A stretch of DNA of 64,000 nucleotides from Deltaproteobacteria bacterium. Lineage in GTDB: Bacteria; Myxococcota_A; UBA9160; SMWR01. The stretch is taken from NCBI GenBank assembly GCA_031405455.1, contig JANNIY010000151.1, positions 440 through 64,439 of the forward strand. Direction: 5' to 3'. This document shows, piece after piece, positions 48,069 through 58,265 of the stretch. Below the pieces are notes generated by a model that saw only the letters and a list, made by a program, of their open reading frames with translations, searched no databases and was not told the origin of the DNA. Position 1 is the stretch's first letter. Every line of letters begins with the position of its first letter. The position numbers and the translations under genes are program-made.

Positions 48069-48575
48069 TCAACTCCGCGTGGGCGCCGTCCGCTCCTCGC
48101 GTGGGCGCCGGCTCGCGATCAGCAGGGTGCAGACGCCCGCCACGACGGCCAGATCGGCGACGTTGAAGATGCCGGTGCGGAAGCTGCCGAGGCCGATGCT
48201 GACGAAATCGGTGACGGCACCGTCGTTGAGCACACGGTCGAGCCAATTGCCGATGCCGCCGCCGGCGACGAGGGCGAGCGCGAAGCGCTGGGCGCGCGAG
48301 GTTCGCTCCGACGTTGCGAAGCTTAGACACACAAATGCAATCAAGAGCGGGACCACTCCGATCAGGAGCACCTGTCGCACGGGCTCCGGAAGGCTCGCGC
48401 CGAGGCTGAGAAAGGCTCCCTGATTGAAGGCGAGTTGTAACTGGATCGTGTCGCCTGCCAGCGCGAGCCCGCTCGTGCCGGTCAGCAGGGCCTCGGCGGC
48501 CCGCTTGGAGACGTGATCGCAACCCACGCAGGTGGCGAGCACGAGCAGGAACGCAAGGCCGTGGCGTCGATTCAC
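48069..48575 (-). CDS. lspA: Lipoprotein signal peptidase (signal peptidase II)
   Basis: From ORF 48069..48626(-). LspA blocks are present: FNQGAFLSLG, GGGIGNWLDR, VTDFV and FNVADL. The start at GTG 48575 is tentative. Confidence 0.85.
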   Translation of the reverse strand: MNRRHGLAFLLVLATCVGCDHVSKRAAEALLTGTSGLALAGDTIQLQLAFNQGAFLSLGASLPEPVRQVLLIGVVPLLIAFVCLSFATSERTSRAQRFALALVAGGGIGNWLDRVLNDGAVTDFVSIGLGSFRTGIFNVADLAVVAGVCTLLIASRRPREERTAPTRS

Positions 48576-48627
48576 GTGCTGCCAACTCCGCGGCGCGGCC
48601 CGTGTGCCGGCATTCGGAACACCCATT

Positions 48628-49278
48628 TCACGTCACGCCACCCGGCTTTCCGGCCGCGCGCGGCGCGCCATCGAAAAACTCGACGACCCCCGTCTCGAGG
48701 GAGTATTCCGCCCCGACGACGAGCAGGCCATCGTCACGGATCAGCTGTTCGAGCAGCTGCGAGCCGTGCCGCAGGTGGTTCGCCGAGGCGCGCACGTTGG
48801 CCCGCACCGCCTGGCGCGTCAGGGCGTCCGGATCGTGGCGGACGTCGGTCGCGAGCAGGCCTTCGACGGAGGGTCGCACGCGGTCGATGATCGCCCGGAT
48901 GTTCGCGCTTTGGCTCTCCGTCGACCGCTGAAGTTCTTCGAGCGTGGCCAGGATTGCCCCGCACTGGGAGTGGCCGAGGACGATCACCAGCCGCGTGCCG
49001 AAGCGCGCCGCGGCGAATTCGACACTACCGACGAGAGAGGGGGCCACGATGTTTCCGGCGACGCGAATCACGAACAGATCCCCGAGGCCCTGATCGAACA
49101 CGATCTCCGCGGGGACGCGCGAATCGGAGCAACCGAGAATGATCGCGAAGGGCTCCTGGCCCGACGCCAGCTCGGCGCGACGGTTGTGCGTCAGCAACGA
49201 ATCGGCGCCGCGCACGTTCGCGGCGAACCGGATGTTTCCCTCGCGCAACCGTTCGAAGGCTTCACTGGCTGAAAGCAT
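48628..49278 (-). CDS. Beta-class carbonic anhydrase
   Basis: From ORF 48628..49317(-). The zinc ligands are in CSDSR and GHSQCGA. The start is at ATG 49278 (MLSASEAFERL). Confidence 0.9.
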   Translation of the reverse strand: MLSASEAFERLREGNIRFAANVRGADSLLTHNRRAELASGQEPFAIILGCSDSRVPAEIVFDQGLGDLFVIRVAGNIVAPSLVGSVEFAAARFGTRLVIVLGHSQCGAILATLEELQRSTESQSANIRAIIDRVRPSVEGLLATDVRHDPDALTRQAVRANVRASANHLRHGSQLLEQLIRDDGLLVVGAEYSLETGVVEFFDGAPRAAGKPGGVT

Positions 49279-49345
49279 GCGCCGGACGGTACCACGCCAG
49301 CGGGGCGCAACGCGCATCTCGCGCTCGAACTCGTGCCTCGTGTGC

Positions 49346-52300
49346 CTACGCCGTCGTGATGCGCCGTCGCCCGCGCCAGAGTTCGCCGCGGCTGAACTGT
49401 GCCCAGCCCCAGCGCAGCCAGCGCAGCAGCGCCATGGCGAGCCACAATGCCCAGGCGAGCATCAACCCGCGGTACGCCAGCAGCGGAACGGAGAGCACCG
49501 ACGGCCGCGGCAGCGTCGCGTCCGCGCGGTCCTGGTACCAACGCAGCTCGTTCGCGAACGAGCCATTGCCGGCGACCTGCATCTCCGGTTGTCCGAGCAG
49601 TCCCTGCTGGATCGAATAGAGAAGCACGCTGAGGGCAGCGAACGTGAGAAGTGCGAGCGCGAGCTGCAGCGCGTCGAACCAGCGGCCGCGTACGCCCGCG
49701 CCGTTTTCGCCTCGCCAGGCGAGCGCGAGCAGCCAGACCGCGACGATCGCGGCTGCCTCGAACGGCACCTGCGTGAGGCCGAGCCCGAGCAGGAACCAGT
49801 CATGCATGCGCAATGGCGTGTAGCGCGTACGGCCGATCCCCACGGCCACCGCGGCCAACAGCGCGAGCAGTGGCCAGAACAAGACGGCCGGGCCCAGGCG
49901 CGGCCCGCTCGCCCACAACACCCAGCGGTCCGGCGACAGGGAAAGCGCCGTTTCCGCGTTCACGCTCGGCGCGCGCAGATCGACCTCCGGTGCTTCGAAG
50001 CGCGTCGTGATCCCGCGCGGCTCGCGCCATGCGAGCGAGAGGGTGCGCGTCCCCGGCGCGAGCGGCAGGGTCACCTCGCGCCCCTCCTGGCGGATCGGTT
50101 GTTCGGCGCCGTCGATCGTCACCCGCTCGAGCACGGCGCCCTCCGGTAACGCGATGGCGTGTTGACCGCCCAGCGAGCTGCGCAGCCGCAACTCGAGTGA
50201 AGCATCGGTGGCGCGCAGTCCCGGCGAGATCTCGATGCGGCTGCCGTCGAACGTGAGCGTCGGGCCCTCGACGCCCTCGGGCCGCGTCGCGCGTACGCTC
50301 ACGCGCTCGCCCGGCCAGGGCCGCCACACGCGCAGGCGCGTGCCGCTCGCGTCCTGGTAAATCACCGGGATGCCCTCGGCCTCGATGTGCCAGATGGGGC
50401 TCGCGTCGAGGATCCAGGTCTCGATCCAGTTCGTGGCGTCGGGCGCGCGCAGCTCGATGCTCGCTGCGATCGCGAGCGCCGAGATCCACGTCACCTGCGA
50501 GACGCCGGGGCTGAGGCTCACGAACGCGGCGCCGTTCTCGGAGCGCACGCCAGCCGTCGTCACCGATTCGCCCGCGAGCAGCGGCACCTCGAGCGCCAGC
50601 GTCGCGTCGGAAGGCGTGAGCCGCGTGACGGTCGTCTCGATCTGCCAGCTGATGCCGAGGCGCAGCGTGCGCGTGACGCTCGCAAATGGCGGCAGCGAGG
50701 AAGCCTCGAGAGTCGGGTGTGTCGCGGTGTTCACGTCGCGGATACGTGCGAGTCGGAGATTATCCTCCGGCACACCGTCTTCGCCGATGCCCTGCACGAT
50801 CCAGCCGCGGCTAATCGCTTCCGCGCGGTGGGGTTTGAGCGGCAGGGGTAATTCGATCGTGTCGCGCTCGGGGAGCGCGCCCGAAATCACCACCTGATGC
50901 GCACCGGGTTCGAGCTGGAGCCACAGGACGCCGTCCTGGGCGAGGCGCAGCCCCGCAGCGGCTTCGCCATCGACGATCACCTGCTCGGGCACCCAGTCGC
51001 GCGCGCTGCCGGGGAGCGGGACGGCCGTCGCAACCGCCGCGTCGAGTTCGAAGCGCAGCACGAGCCTGGCGGGCTCGACCTCGAGGCGCAGCCGCGGGCT
51101 CGCAGCGCAATCCGGGAGGCATGCCGGTGATTCGAGCAGCCGCACGCGCAATCGCTCGAGCAGTTCCTCGCTCGGAAAATCCGCGCGCGCAGGCGGAGCC
51201 GGAGCCGCGAGCAGCACGCCCGCGAGCGCAGCGGCCGCGCTCACCGCCTTCTGCCACGGGAAGACCGCTCGCGGGAGCGCGGGCCGTAGAACGCGCAGGA
51301 GCAGCGCCGCGAGCAGCGCCACGCGCAACACGGCGAGCAGCCCGTTGAGCCACGGCGGTGCCAGCAGGAGCAGCAGGGTCTGGCCGCGTTCGACGGGTCC
51401 GCGCCAGCGCAGCGAGACGGATCTCCAGCTCCAGGTCGGAAGCCCCGGGCCGGTGGTGATGCGCGCCTTGGGATCGGGCGCCCAGCTCGAGGCGTAGCTC
51501 GATATGGCGTTCGATCGCTTCCGGGCTTCGTGCTCTTTCGCGAGATACCCGAGCGCGCGAAGTGGCTGCGATGCCGGCTGTTGAAACTCGCGCGCTTCCG
51601 CCTGGTCCATCGCCGGTGCGACTTCGCCCGCCAGCGACCCTTCCTCCGTGTGCCCGGCGATCGCGGGGCGGGGCGCCTCGAATCCAGGATTTTCGAGCGC
51701 AGGGAAGAAGCCGCTGCGCAGTTGCAGCAGTGCGAAGGGGAGGGCGAGCAATACGAGCACGGCGAGCGCGAGCTGCCATAGCGTGCGCACCGCTGCGGCG
51801 AGCGACCCGCGCACGACCGCACGGCGGAGCGCTTCGCCCGAAAGCACGGCGATCCATACCCAGCGCGGCGCTCCGGGTTCGGTGTAGGTGAGCGCGAGGC
51901 CCGCGAGCGCGAGTGCTGCCCAGCCGGGGCCGAAAAGTCTCAGGAACGCCATCGCCACCACGAGCACGACGAAGAGATCGAGCAGCGACCAGCGCGTCAC
52001 CCAGGTGTAGGACGCGACGTCGACGCCCGAGGCGTAGAGCAGCCGCCAGCCCGGCGGGAGCTGAAGTTCTGCCGAGACGCTCTGGAAGTCCGCGTCCCAG
52101 CCGACGGCGGGGACGCGCGAGCCCGCGTCCGGAATCCGGCTGTCGGCCGAGACCGAGATCTCACCGCGCGGGATCTCGACGCCCGTGCCCTCCTCGCCGG
52201 GGAGGCGCGTGATGAACTGGTCGCGGCCGTTCACCGCGACACGGCCGAGCTCGGTGCCGGGCGCCATCGCGAGGCGGTCGCTGCGGACGACGGCTCCGCG

Positions 52301-53446
52301 GATGCGATCCGATACGGTGTAACCCTGGCCATCGAAATCGAGCCACCAGCTGCGCACGAGCTCGAGCCGGTCCGGCGCGGGGTCGGCGTCCCCTCGGCGC
52401 TTGGTCACGAAGCGCAGCGCCGAGCCGGGCTCGAGCGCGAAGGCCGGCAGCGCGCGCCAGTCGTCGGGGAGCTCCGTCTGCTGTGGATCGATGGCAGCCG
52501 CGCCCTCGACCGAGACCTGGCGCAGGCTCGGCCGCGCATCGAAGACCCACTCCTCGCGCTCGTCCCACGGCCCGTCGGGCGCCGCCAGCAAGAGCGAATC
52601 GACGGGACCCGGCAGCCGCGCCTCGATCTCGACGAAGTACGTGCCGGGTCGCACCTGCACGCGCAGTTTTCCGTCCGGGTCGATCCGCGCCGGGAGCGGC
52701 GCGGACAGGGACATCGCGACGGCGCCTGCGGGCAGGGCGCGCCCGAGCACGACCTCGCGCGCCGGGCCCGAAATCTCGAGCCGGATTCGCGTCGTGATGC
52801 GCAAGGGAATCTCATCGACGATGCGGCGGAACACGCTGATTTCGAGATGGCTCTCGGCGCCCACGTTTCCGGCGCTCGCCGTGCGCAGCCACACGCGCCC
52901 CTGCGCATCGCGCCTCGGAAACGCAATCGGCTCCCCTGCGAGCGAAACGGCGAGCAGGCCGGTCTCGGCGGGAATCTGGAGCAACTCGGGCGGCGCGTCC
53001 CAGGCGAACTCGCCGCGCACGTCGCGAAGGCCAGGCAGCAGGCGAACGCTCGGGCGCCCGGCGTATTCGATCACGGGGGCTGGCCGGCCGTCCACCTGGA
53101 CGGCTTGCGGCCAGTGCTTCGCATCGCCCGGCAGCGGCACCCAGGCGTTGGCGTGCACGCGCCAGCGCTGCACGAAGCTGCCCTGGCGTGCACCGAGCGC
53201 GAGTTCGAGGCGGCCCGGCCAGACACATTCGCGGCCGCCCTGCCCGCCGTGCAAGAACGGACAACGTTCGGATTCGTTTCCGTACAGGACCCAGTCGACC
53301 CACGGGCGAAGCGGTTCGGGGACGCGCTCGGGCGTGAGCGGCTCGGCGCCCGCGACCGCGGCGAGGCATGCGCAGAGCAGGCCGGCCACGCGGGCGACTC
53401 GCCACTGAAACACGCCGGACATGCGGTGACGCGCGTTTTCCAGCAT
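49346..53446 (-). CDS. Very large (1366 aa) multi-pass membrane protein of unknown function with an internal tandem duplication
   Basis: A single uninterrupted ORF. AGGAGGAG lies 4 nt before ATG 53446. It has an N-terminal signal peptide, two large non-hydrophobic domains and three hydrophobic clusters. I do not recognise the family. Confidence 0.85.
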   Translation of the reverse strand: MLENARHRMSGVFQWRVARVAGLLCACLAAVAGAEPLTPERVPEPLRPWVDWVLYGNESERCPFLHGGQGGRECVWPGRLELALGARQGSFVQRWRVHANAWVPLPGDAKHWPQAVQVDGRPAPVIEYAGRPSVRLLPGLRDVRGEFAWDAPPELLQIPAETGLLAVSLAGEPIAFPRRDAQGRVWLRTASAGNVGAESHLEISVFRRIVDEIPLRITTRIRLEISGPAREVVLGRALPAGAVAMSLSAPLPARIDPDGKLRVQVRPGTYFVEIEARLPGPVDSLLLAAPDGPWDEREEWVFDARPSLRQVSVEGAAAIDPQQTELPDDWRALPAFALEPGSALRFVTKRRGDADPAPDRLELVRSWWLDFDGQGYTVSDRIRGAVVRSDRLAMAPGTELGRVAVNGRDQFITRLPGEEGTGVEIPRGEISVSADSRIPDAGSRVPAVGWDADFQSVSAELQLPPGWRLLYASGVDVASYTWVTRWSLLDLFVVLVVAMAFLRLFGPGWAALALAGLALTYTEPGAPRWVWIAVLSGEALRRAVVRGSLAAAVRTLWQLALAVLVLLALPFALLQLRSGFFPALENPGFEAPRPAIAGHTEEGSLAGEVAPAMDQAEAREFQQPASQPLRALGYLAKEHEARKRSNAISSYASSWAPDPKARITTGPGLPTWSWRSVSLRWRGPVERGQTLLLLLAPPWLNGLLAVLRVALLAALLLRVLRPALPRAVFPWQKAVSAAAALAGVLLAAPAPPARADFPSEELLERLRVRLLESPACLPDCAASPRLRLEVEPARLVLRFELDAAVATAVPLPGSARDWVPEQVIVDGEAAAGLRLAQDGVLWLQLEPGAHQVVISGALPERDTIELPLPLKPHRAEAISRGWIVQGIGEDGVPEDNLRLARIRDVNTATHPTLEASSLPPFASVTRTLRLGISWQIETTVTRLTPSDATLALEVPLLAGESVTTAGVRSENGAAFVSLSPGVSQVTWISALAIAASIELRAPDATNWIETWILDASPIWHIEAEGIPVIYQDASGTRLRVWRPWPGERVSVRATRPEGVEGPTLTFDGSRIEISPGLRATDASLELRLRSSLGGQHAIALPEGAVLERVTIDGAEQPIRQEGREVTLPLAPGTRTLSLAWREPRGITTRFEAPEVDLRAPSVNAETALSLSPDRWVLWASGPRLGPAVLFWPLLALLAAVAVGIGRTRYTPLRMHDWFLLGLGLTQVPFEAAAIVAVWLLALAWRGENGAGVRGRWFDALQLALALLTFAALSVLLYSIQQGLLGQPEMQVAGNGSFANELRWYQDRADATLPRPSVLSVPLLAYRGLMLAWALWLAMALLRWLRWGWAQFSRGELWRGRRRITTA

Positions 53447-53488
53447 CCTGCTCCTCCTGTCCGTGCCTTCCTCTTCGGTGGGAGAGAC

Positions 53489-54919
53489 ATGCTACAGAAG
53501 AACTACCCCTACTATCTCGGCAACCGTCCGGTGTTGGCGGATTCGACGCTCGCCGTCACGGACAAGTTCACTGGTGAAATCGCCACGCGGGTGGCGATGG
53601 CCGATGCCGCCGCGATCGATCGGGCGATCGAGCTCGCGGTGCAGGCTGCGAAGCCGATGCGCGAACTCGCCGCCTACGAGCGGAAACAGGTGCTCCAGCA
53701 CTGCGTTACCCGTTTCTCAGAACGCGCCGAAGAGCTCGCGATGGCGCTGTGCATCGAGGCGGGCAAGCCCATCCAGGATGCGCGCGGCGAGGTCGGGCGG
53801 CTCGTCGACACCTTCCGTATCGCGGCCGAAGAATCGGTGCGCATCACGGGCGAAGTACTTCCGCTCGACATCAACCCGCGAGCCCGTGGGTACACGGGCA
53901 TGTGGAAGCGCGTGCCGATCGGGCCCTGCTCCTTCATTTCGCCCTTCAATTTTCCCTTGAATCTCGCTGCGCACAAGATCGCGCCGGCGATCGCCGCCGG
54001 CTGTTCGTTCGTCTTGAAGCCCGCGAGCCTGACACCGGTCGGCGCAATCCTCATCGGCGAGGTGCTCGCCGAGACCGATCTCCCGATCGGCGCCTTCTCG
54101 ATTCTGCCCGTGCCCCGAGACCAGGCCGATCGCTTTGCGACGGATGAGCGGCTGAAGCTGCTGTCCTTCACCGGGTCGCCGGGGGTTGGCTGGGCGCTCA
54201 AGGCCAAGGCCGGCCGCAAGAAGGTGGTGCTCGAGCTCGGCGGCAACGCCGCCGTGATCGTCGATTGCGATGCCGACCTCGCCGACGCCACCCGCCGGAT
54301 CATCTTCGGCGCCTTCTATCAATCCGGACAGAGCTGCATCGGGGTCCAGCGCATCCTGGCGCATGAAGAGATCTACGAAGAGTTGCGCGGTCGACTCGTG
54401 GCGGCGACCGCAGCGCTGCGCATGGGCGACCCGAAGGATCCGGAGAACTTCATCGGGCCCATGATCTCCGAGACGGAGGCGAAGCGCCTCGAGGCCTGGA
54501 TCGCCGCGGCGCTGCATGCGGGCGGCAAGCTGCTCGTCGGCGGCAAGCGCAAGGGAGCGCTGCACGAGGCGACGCTGCTCGAGGATGTGCCCGCCGATCA
54601 GGACGTCGTGTGTCAGGAGGCCTTCGGGCCGGTCGCCGTGCTCTCGCGCTTCCGCGATTTCGATGCGGCGCTCGCGCAGGTGAACGAGAGCGTCTACGGG
54701 CTGCAGGCTGGCATTTTTACCCGCGATCTCTACAAGGCACAGCGCGCCTGGAATGAGCTCGAGGTGGGCGGCGTCGTGATCGGCGACGTGCCCTCCTGGC
54801 GCGTCGATCACATGCCCTACGGAGGCGTCAAGGAGAGCGGTCTCGGCCGCGAGGGTGTGCGCTTCGCGATCGAAGACATGACGGAGATCCGTCTCATGAT
54901 CGTGCGCACGCCGCAATGA
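53489..54919 (+). CDS. NAD(P)-dependent aldehyde dehydrogenase family protein
   Basis: This is the C-terminal 476 aa of ORF 52847..54919(+), starting MLQKNYPYYL with GGGAG upstream. It has the ALDH Glu block (VVLELGGNA) and Cys block (FYQSGQSCIGVQR). Confidence 0.92.
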   Translation: MLQKNYPYYLGNRPVLADSTLAVTDKFTGEIATRVAMADAAAIDRAIELAVQAAKPMRELAAYERKQVLQHCVTRFSERAEELAMALCIEAGKPIQDARGEVGRLVDTFRIAAEESVRITGEVLPLDINPRARGYTGMWKRVPIGPCSFISPFNFPLNLAAHKIAPAIAAGCSFVLKPASLTPVGAILIGEVLAETDLPIGAFSILPVPRDQADRFATDERLKLLSFTGSPGVGWALKAKAGRKKVVLELGGNAAVIVDCDADLADATRRIIFGAFYQSGQSCIGVQRILAHEEIYEELRGRLVAATAALRMGDPKDPENFIGPMISETEAKRLEAWIAAALHAGGKLLVGGKRKGALHEATLLEDVPADQDVVCQEAFGPVAVLSRFRDFDAALAQVNESVYGLQAGIFTRDLYKAQRAWNELEVGGVVIGDVPSWRVDHMPYGGVKESGLGREGVRFAIEDMTEIRLMIVRTPQ

Positions 54920-56301
54920 ACACGCCGATCCGGGAGATCCTGGCCCAGAAGTCAGCAGGCGGAACGTTGCGGGTGCAGGGCTGGCTGCGCACGGCGCGGC
55001 ATGCGAAGGAGGTTTCGTTCCTCGAGTTGAACGACGGCTCCTGCCTCGCCGGACTCCAGCTCGTGGCGGCGCCGGAGCTCGCGAACTACGAGTCCGAGAT
55101 CCGGCGCTTGCGGACGGGTTGCGCGGTTGCGGCGACCGGGACGCTCGTCGAGTCGCCGGGCAGCGAGCAGAGCGTCGAGCTGCGCGTGGCGACGCTCACG
55201 TGCGTGGGGGACGTCGGCGACGATTATCCGCTCCAGAAGAAGCGCCATGGCTTCGAGTTCCTGCGCACGATTGCGCACTTGCGCCCGCGCACGAACACGC
55301 TCGGGGCGGTGCTGCGCGTGCGCAGCGCCGCAGCGCACGCGATCCACGATTTCTTCCGCAAGCGCGGCTTCGTGCTGCTGCATTCGCCGATCATCACGGC
55401 CGCCGACGCCGAGGGCGCAGGCCAGCTTTTCCGCGTGACGACGCTCGCTGCGAACGCGCCGCCGCGAGACGCGAGCGGGCAGGTCGATTTCGCGCAGGAC
55501 TTCTTCGGTCGCGAGACGTTCTTGACCGTGTCGGGTCAGCTCGAAGCCGAGATCGCAGCGCTCGCCCTCAGCAACGTCTATACGTTCGGCCCGACCTTTC
55601 GCGCCGAGAACTCGAATACCAGCCGGCATCTGGCCGAGTTCTGGATGGTCGAGCCGGAGATGGCTTTCTGCGATCTCGCCGGCAACGTCGAAGTCGCCGA
55701 AGCCTTCTTGAAGTCGCTGTTCCGCGACGTGCTCGAAGCCTGCCCGGAGGACATGGCCTTTTTCGACGAGCGCATCGACAACAGCGTGCTCGCGACGCTG
55801 CGCCATGTGATCGAGGAACCCTTCGAGCGGATGACGTATACGGAGGCGGTCGAACGCCTCCAGCGCAGCGGCAAGGCGTTCGAGTTCCCCGTCGAATGGG
55901 GCCGCGATCTCCAGAGTGAGCACGAGCGTTGGCTCGCCGAAGAGCACGTGCGCCGACCGGTGATCGTCACGGACTATCCGATCGGCATCAAGGCGTTCTA
56001 CATGTATCGCAACGACGACGGCCGCAGCGTGCGTGCGATGGACGTGCTCGTTCCGAAGCTGGGGGAGATCATCGGCGGCTCGCAGCGCGAGCACCGGCTC
56101 GACGTATTGCGCGAACGCATGCGCGATGTGGGGCTCTCCGAGGATCGCTACGCCTGGTACCTGGATCTGCGCCGGCATGGCTCCGTTCCACATGCGGGTT
56201 TCGGCCTGGGCTTCGAACGTGCGATCCAGTTCATGACCGGAATGACGAACATCCGCGATGTGATTCCCTTTCCGCGCGTTCCGGGATCGGCGGAGTTCTA
56301 G
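54916..56301 (+). CDS. asnS: Asparagine--tRNA ligase
   Basis: A 461-aa ORF with the AsnS-specific block [24 protein letters not shown] and class II motifs. It has an ATGA overlap with the ALDH gene. Confidence 0.95.
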   Translation: MNTPIREILAQKSAGGTLRVQGWLRTARHAKEVSFLELNDGSCLAGLQLVAAPELANYESEIRRLRTGCAVAATGTLVESPGSEQSVELRVATLTCVGDVGDDYPLQKKRHGFEFLRTIAHLRPRTNTLGAVLRVRSAAAHAIHDFFRKRGFVLLHSPIITAADAEGAGQLFRVTTLAANAPPRDASGQVDFAQDFFGRETFLTVSGQLEAEIAALALSNVYTFGPTFRAENSNTSRHLAEFWMVEPEMAFCDLAGNVEVAEAFLKSLFRDVLEACPEDMAFFDERIDNSVLATLRHVIEEPFERMTYTEAVERLQRSGKAFEFPVEWGRDLQSEHERWLAEEHVRRPVIVTDYPIGIKAFYMYRNDDGRSVRAMDVLVPKLGEIIGGSQREHRLDVLRERMRDVGLSEDRYAWYLDLRRHGSVPHAGFGLGFERAIQFMTGMTNIRDVIPFPRVPGSAEF

Positions 56302-56397
56302 CGGAACTCGGCTGGCGCCCGGCGACGGAGCCCGATGGCTCGACGCGCTCGCCGGAAGTGGCGTAGACTCCCACCGCGCGCGCCACCGGGAGCTGGA

Positions 56398-57096
56398 TTG
56401 ATCGAGATCGAGAACGTCTCTCGGGTGTACCGACGCGGCGCCGACGAGGTGCACGCGCTCCAGAACGTGACGCTCCGGATACCGGGCGGGCGCTTCGTGG
56501 CGCTGATGGGACCCTCGGGTTCGGGCAAATCGACCCTGCTCAATCTGCTGGCGGGGCTCGATCGGCCGAGCGCAGGCAGCGTCACGGTGGCCGGCCGGCG
56601 CCTGAATGATCTCTCCGAGGACGAACTCGCCAAGTTCCGTTCGCAGCACGTGGGCTTCGTCTTCCAGTTCTTCAACCTGATCCCGGTGCTGTCCGCGCGA
56701 GCCAACGTCGAGCTTCCGCTCCTGCTCACATCGCTCAAGAAAGAACAGCGGCGCGAGCGGGCGGAGACGGCGCTTCGGATCGTGGGGCTCGTCGAGCGTG
56801 GCGATCACATGCCGAACCAGCTTTCGGGAGGTGAGCAACAGCGCGTGGCGATCGCGCGGGCGATCGTGACGGATCCCGAGATCGTGGTGGCCGACGAGCC
56901 GACGGGGGATCTCGACGCGAAGAACGCCGTCGATGTGCTCACGCTGCTGCGTGTCCTGAGGGTCGAGTTCGGCAAGACCGTCGTGATGGTGACGCACGAT
57001 CCGCGCGGCGAAGCCTACGTCGATGAGATCCACCATCTCGACAAGGGGCTTCTGATCGATTCCGTCGCAGGCGGCGTCGCGCTGACCGGCTCATGA
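56398..57096 (+). CDS. ABC transporter ATP-binding protein (MacB/LolD/FtsE-like)
   Basis: From ORF 56335..57096(+). It has Walker A (GPSGSGKST), the signature LSGGEQQR and Walker B (VVADEPT). The start is moved to TTG 56398 (LIEIENV), which has GGGAG 5 nt upstream. Confidence 0.9.
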   Translation: MIEIENVSRVYRRGADEVHALQNVTLRIPGGRFVALMGPSGSGKSTLLNLLAGLDRPSAGSVTVAGRRLNDLSEDELAKFRSQHVGFVFQFFNLIPVLSARANVELPLLLTSLKKEQRRERAETALRIVGLVERGDHMPNQLSGGEQQRVAIARAIVTDPEIVVADEPTGDLDAKNAVDVLTLLRVLRVEFGKTVVMVTHDPRGEAYVDEIHHLDKGLLIDSVAGGVALTGS

Positions 57097-58262
57097 AGTT
57101 CTTCCCGTTCATCTGGCGCAACCTCACCCGCAACAAGCTTCGCAGTTTTCTCACCGGCGGAGCCATCGCGCTCGCCATCTCGCTCGTCTGCTTGTTGCAG
57201 ACGATGCCGGAGGGGCTCAACCGCCTGGTCGAGGACGTCGCCTCCAACTCGCGCGTCGTGGTCCACAACGAAGCCGGCCTCGTCTACCCGTTGCCCTACG
57301 CCTATCTCCAGAAGGTGCGCGCGCTGTCCGGAGTGGTGGGCGCGGCGAGCTGGACCTGGTTCGGCGGCGTCTTCGAAATCGAGAAGGGCGTCACCTTCCC
57401 GAATTTCGCGGTCGAACCCGATGCGATCGGCATCGTGTGGGCCGACTGGGAGATCGACCCGAAGGCGCTCGAAGATTTTCGGCGCTACCGCGATGGCGCA
57501 ATCGTCGGCCGCGGCACGCTCGAAAAGTACGGCTGGAAGGTCGGCGATCTCGTGACGCTCAAGGGCACGCTCTACCCCATCGATCTGAGCTTCCGGATCG
57601 TGGGAGAGATTCCCAGTGCGCGCGCGCCCCACTTCTGGTTCCAGCGCGAGTACCTCGAGCAGGCGCTGCGCGCTGCGGGATCGAGCCTCGATGTGCTCGG
57701 AACCATCTGGCTCCGGGTGGACGATCGCACGCGCGTCGATCCTTTGATGAGCGAAATCGACGCCATGTTCCGCAACAGCGAGGCGGAGACGGCGTCCGAA
57801 ACCGAGAAGAGCTACTTCAAGAGCTTCTTCACGCTGCTCGAGGGCTTCGTCGTCGTGATCCTGCTCGTGACCGGGGTCGTGGCGCTGTGCATCGTCTTCA
57901 TCGCCGCGAACACCGCGAGCATGGCCGTCCGCGAGCGCTATGGAGAGATTGCGATCCTGAAGGCACTGGGTTTCAGCCGGCGCCTGATTTTCTCGACGCT
58001 GGTCGTGGAGGCGATGCTGTTGTGCACGCTCGCCGGCGTCGTGGGCGCGTTTGCGTCGCTCGGCCTCACGCTCCTCATGCGTACGCTGGCGGAGGGAAGC
58101 TGGAACTCGCAGCTCGGTCCGCTCGGAAGCTTCATCGTGACGCGCTCGATCCTGGTGCAGGGACTCTTTCTCGCGCTTTTCGTGGGGATGGTCTCGGGGG
58201 TGGTGCCGTCCTGGGGCGCGGCGCGCCGCAACGTCGCGGCGACGCTGCGCGAGGTTTTCTGA
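57093..58262 (+). CDS. ABC transporter permease, FtsX/MacB-type (permease 1)
   Basis: A 389-aa ORF with an N-terminal TM helix, a periplasmic domain and a C-terminal FtsX block (EIAILKALGFSRRLIF). It has an ATGA overlap with the ATPase gene. Confidence 0.88.
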   Translation: MKFFPFIWRNLTRNKLRSFLTGGAIALAISLVCLLQTMPEGLNRLVEDVASNSRVVVHNEAGLVYPLPYAYLQKVRALSGVVGAASWTWFGGVFEIEKGVTFPNFAVEPDAIGIVWADWEIDPKALEDFRRYRDGAIVGRGTLEKYGWKVGDLVTLKGTLYPIDLSFRIVGEIPSARAPHFWFQREYLEQALRAAGSSLDVLGTIWLRVDDRTRVDPLMSEIDAMFRNSEAETASETEKSYFKSFFTLLEGFVVVILLVTGVVALCIVFIAANTASMAVRERYGEIAILKALGFSRRLIFSTLVVEAMLLCTLAGVVGAFASLGLTLLMRTLAEGSWNSQLGPLGSFIVTRSILVQGLFLALFVGMVSGVVPSWGAARRNVAATLREVF

Positions 58263-58265
58263 GAC

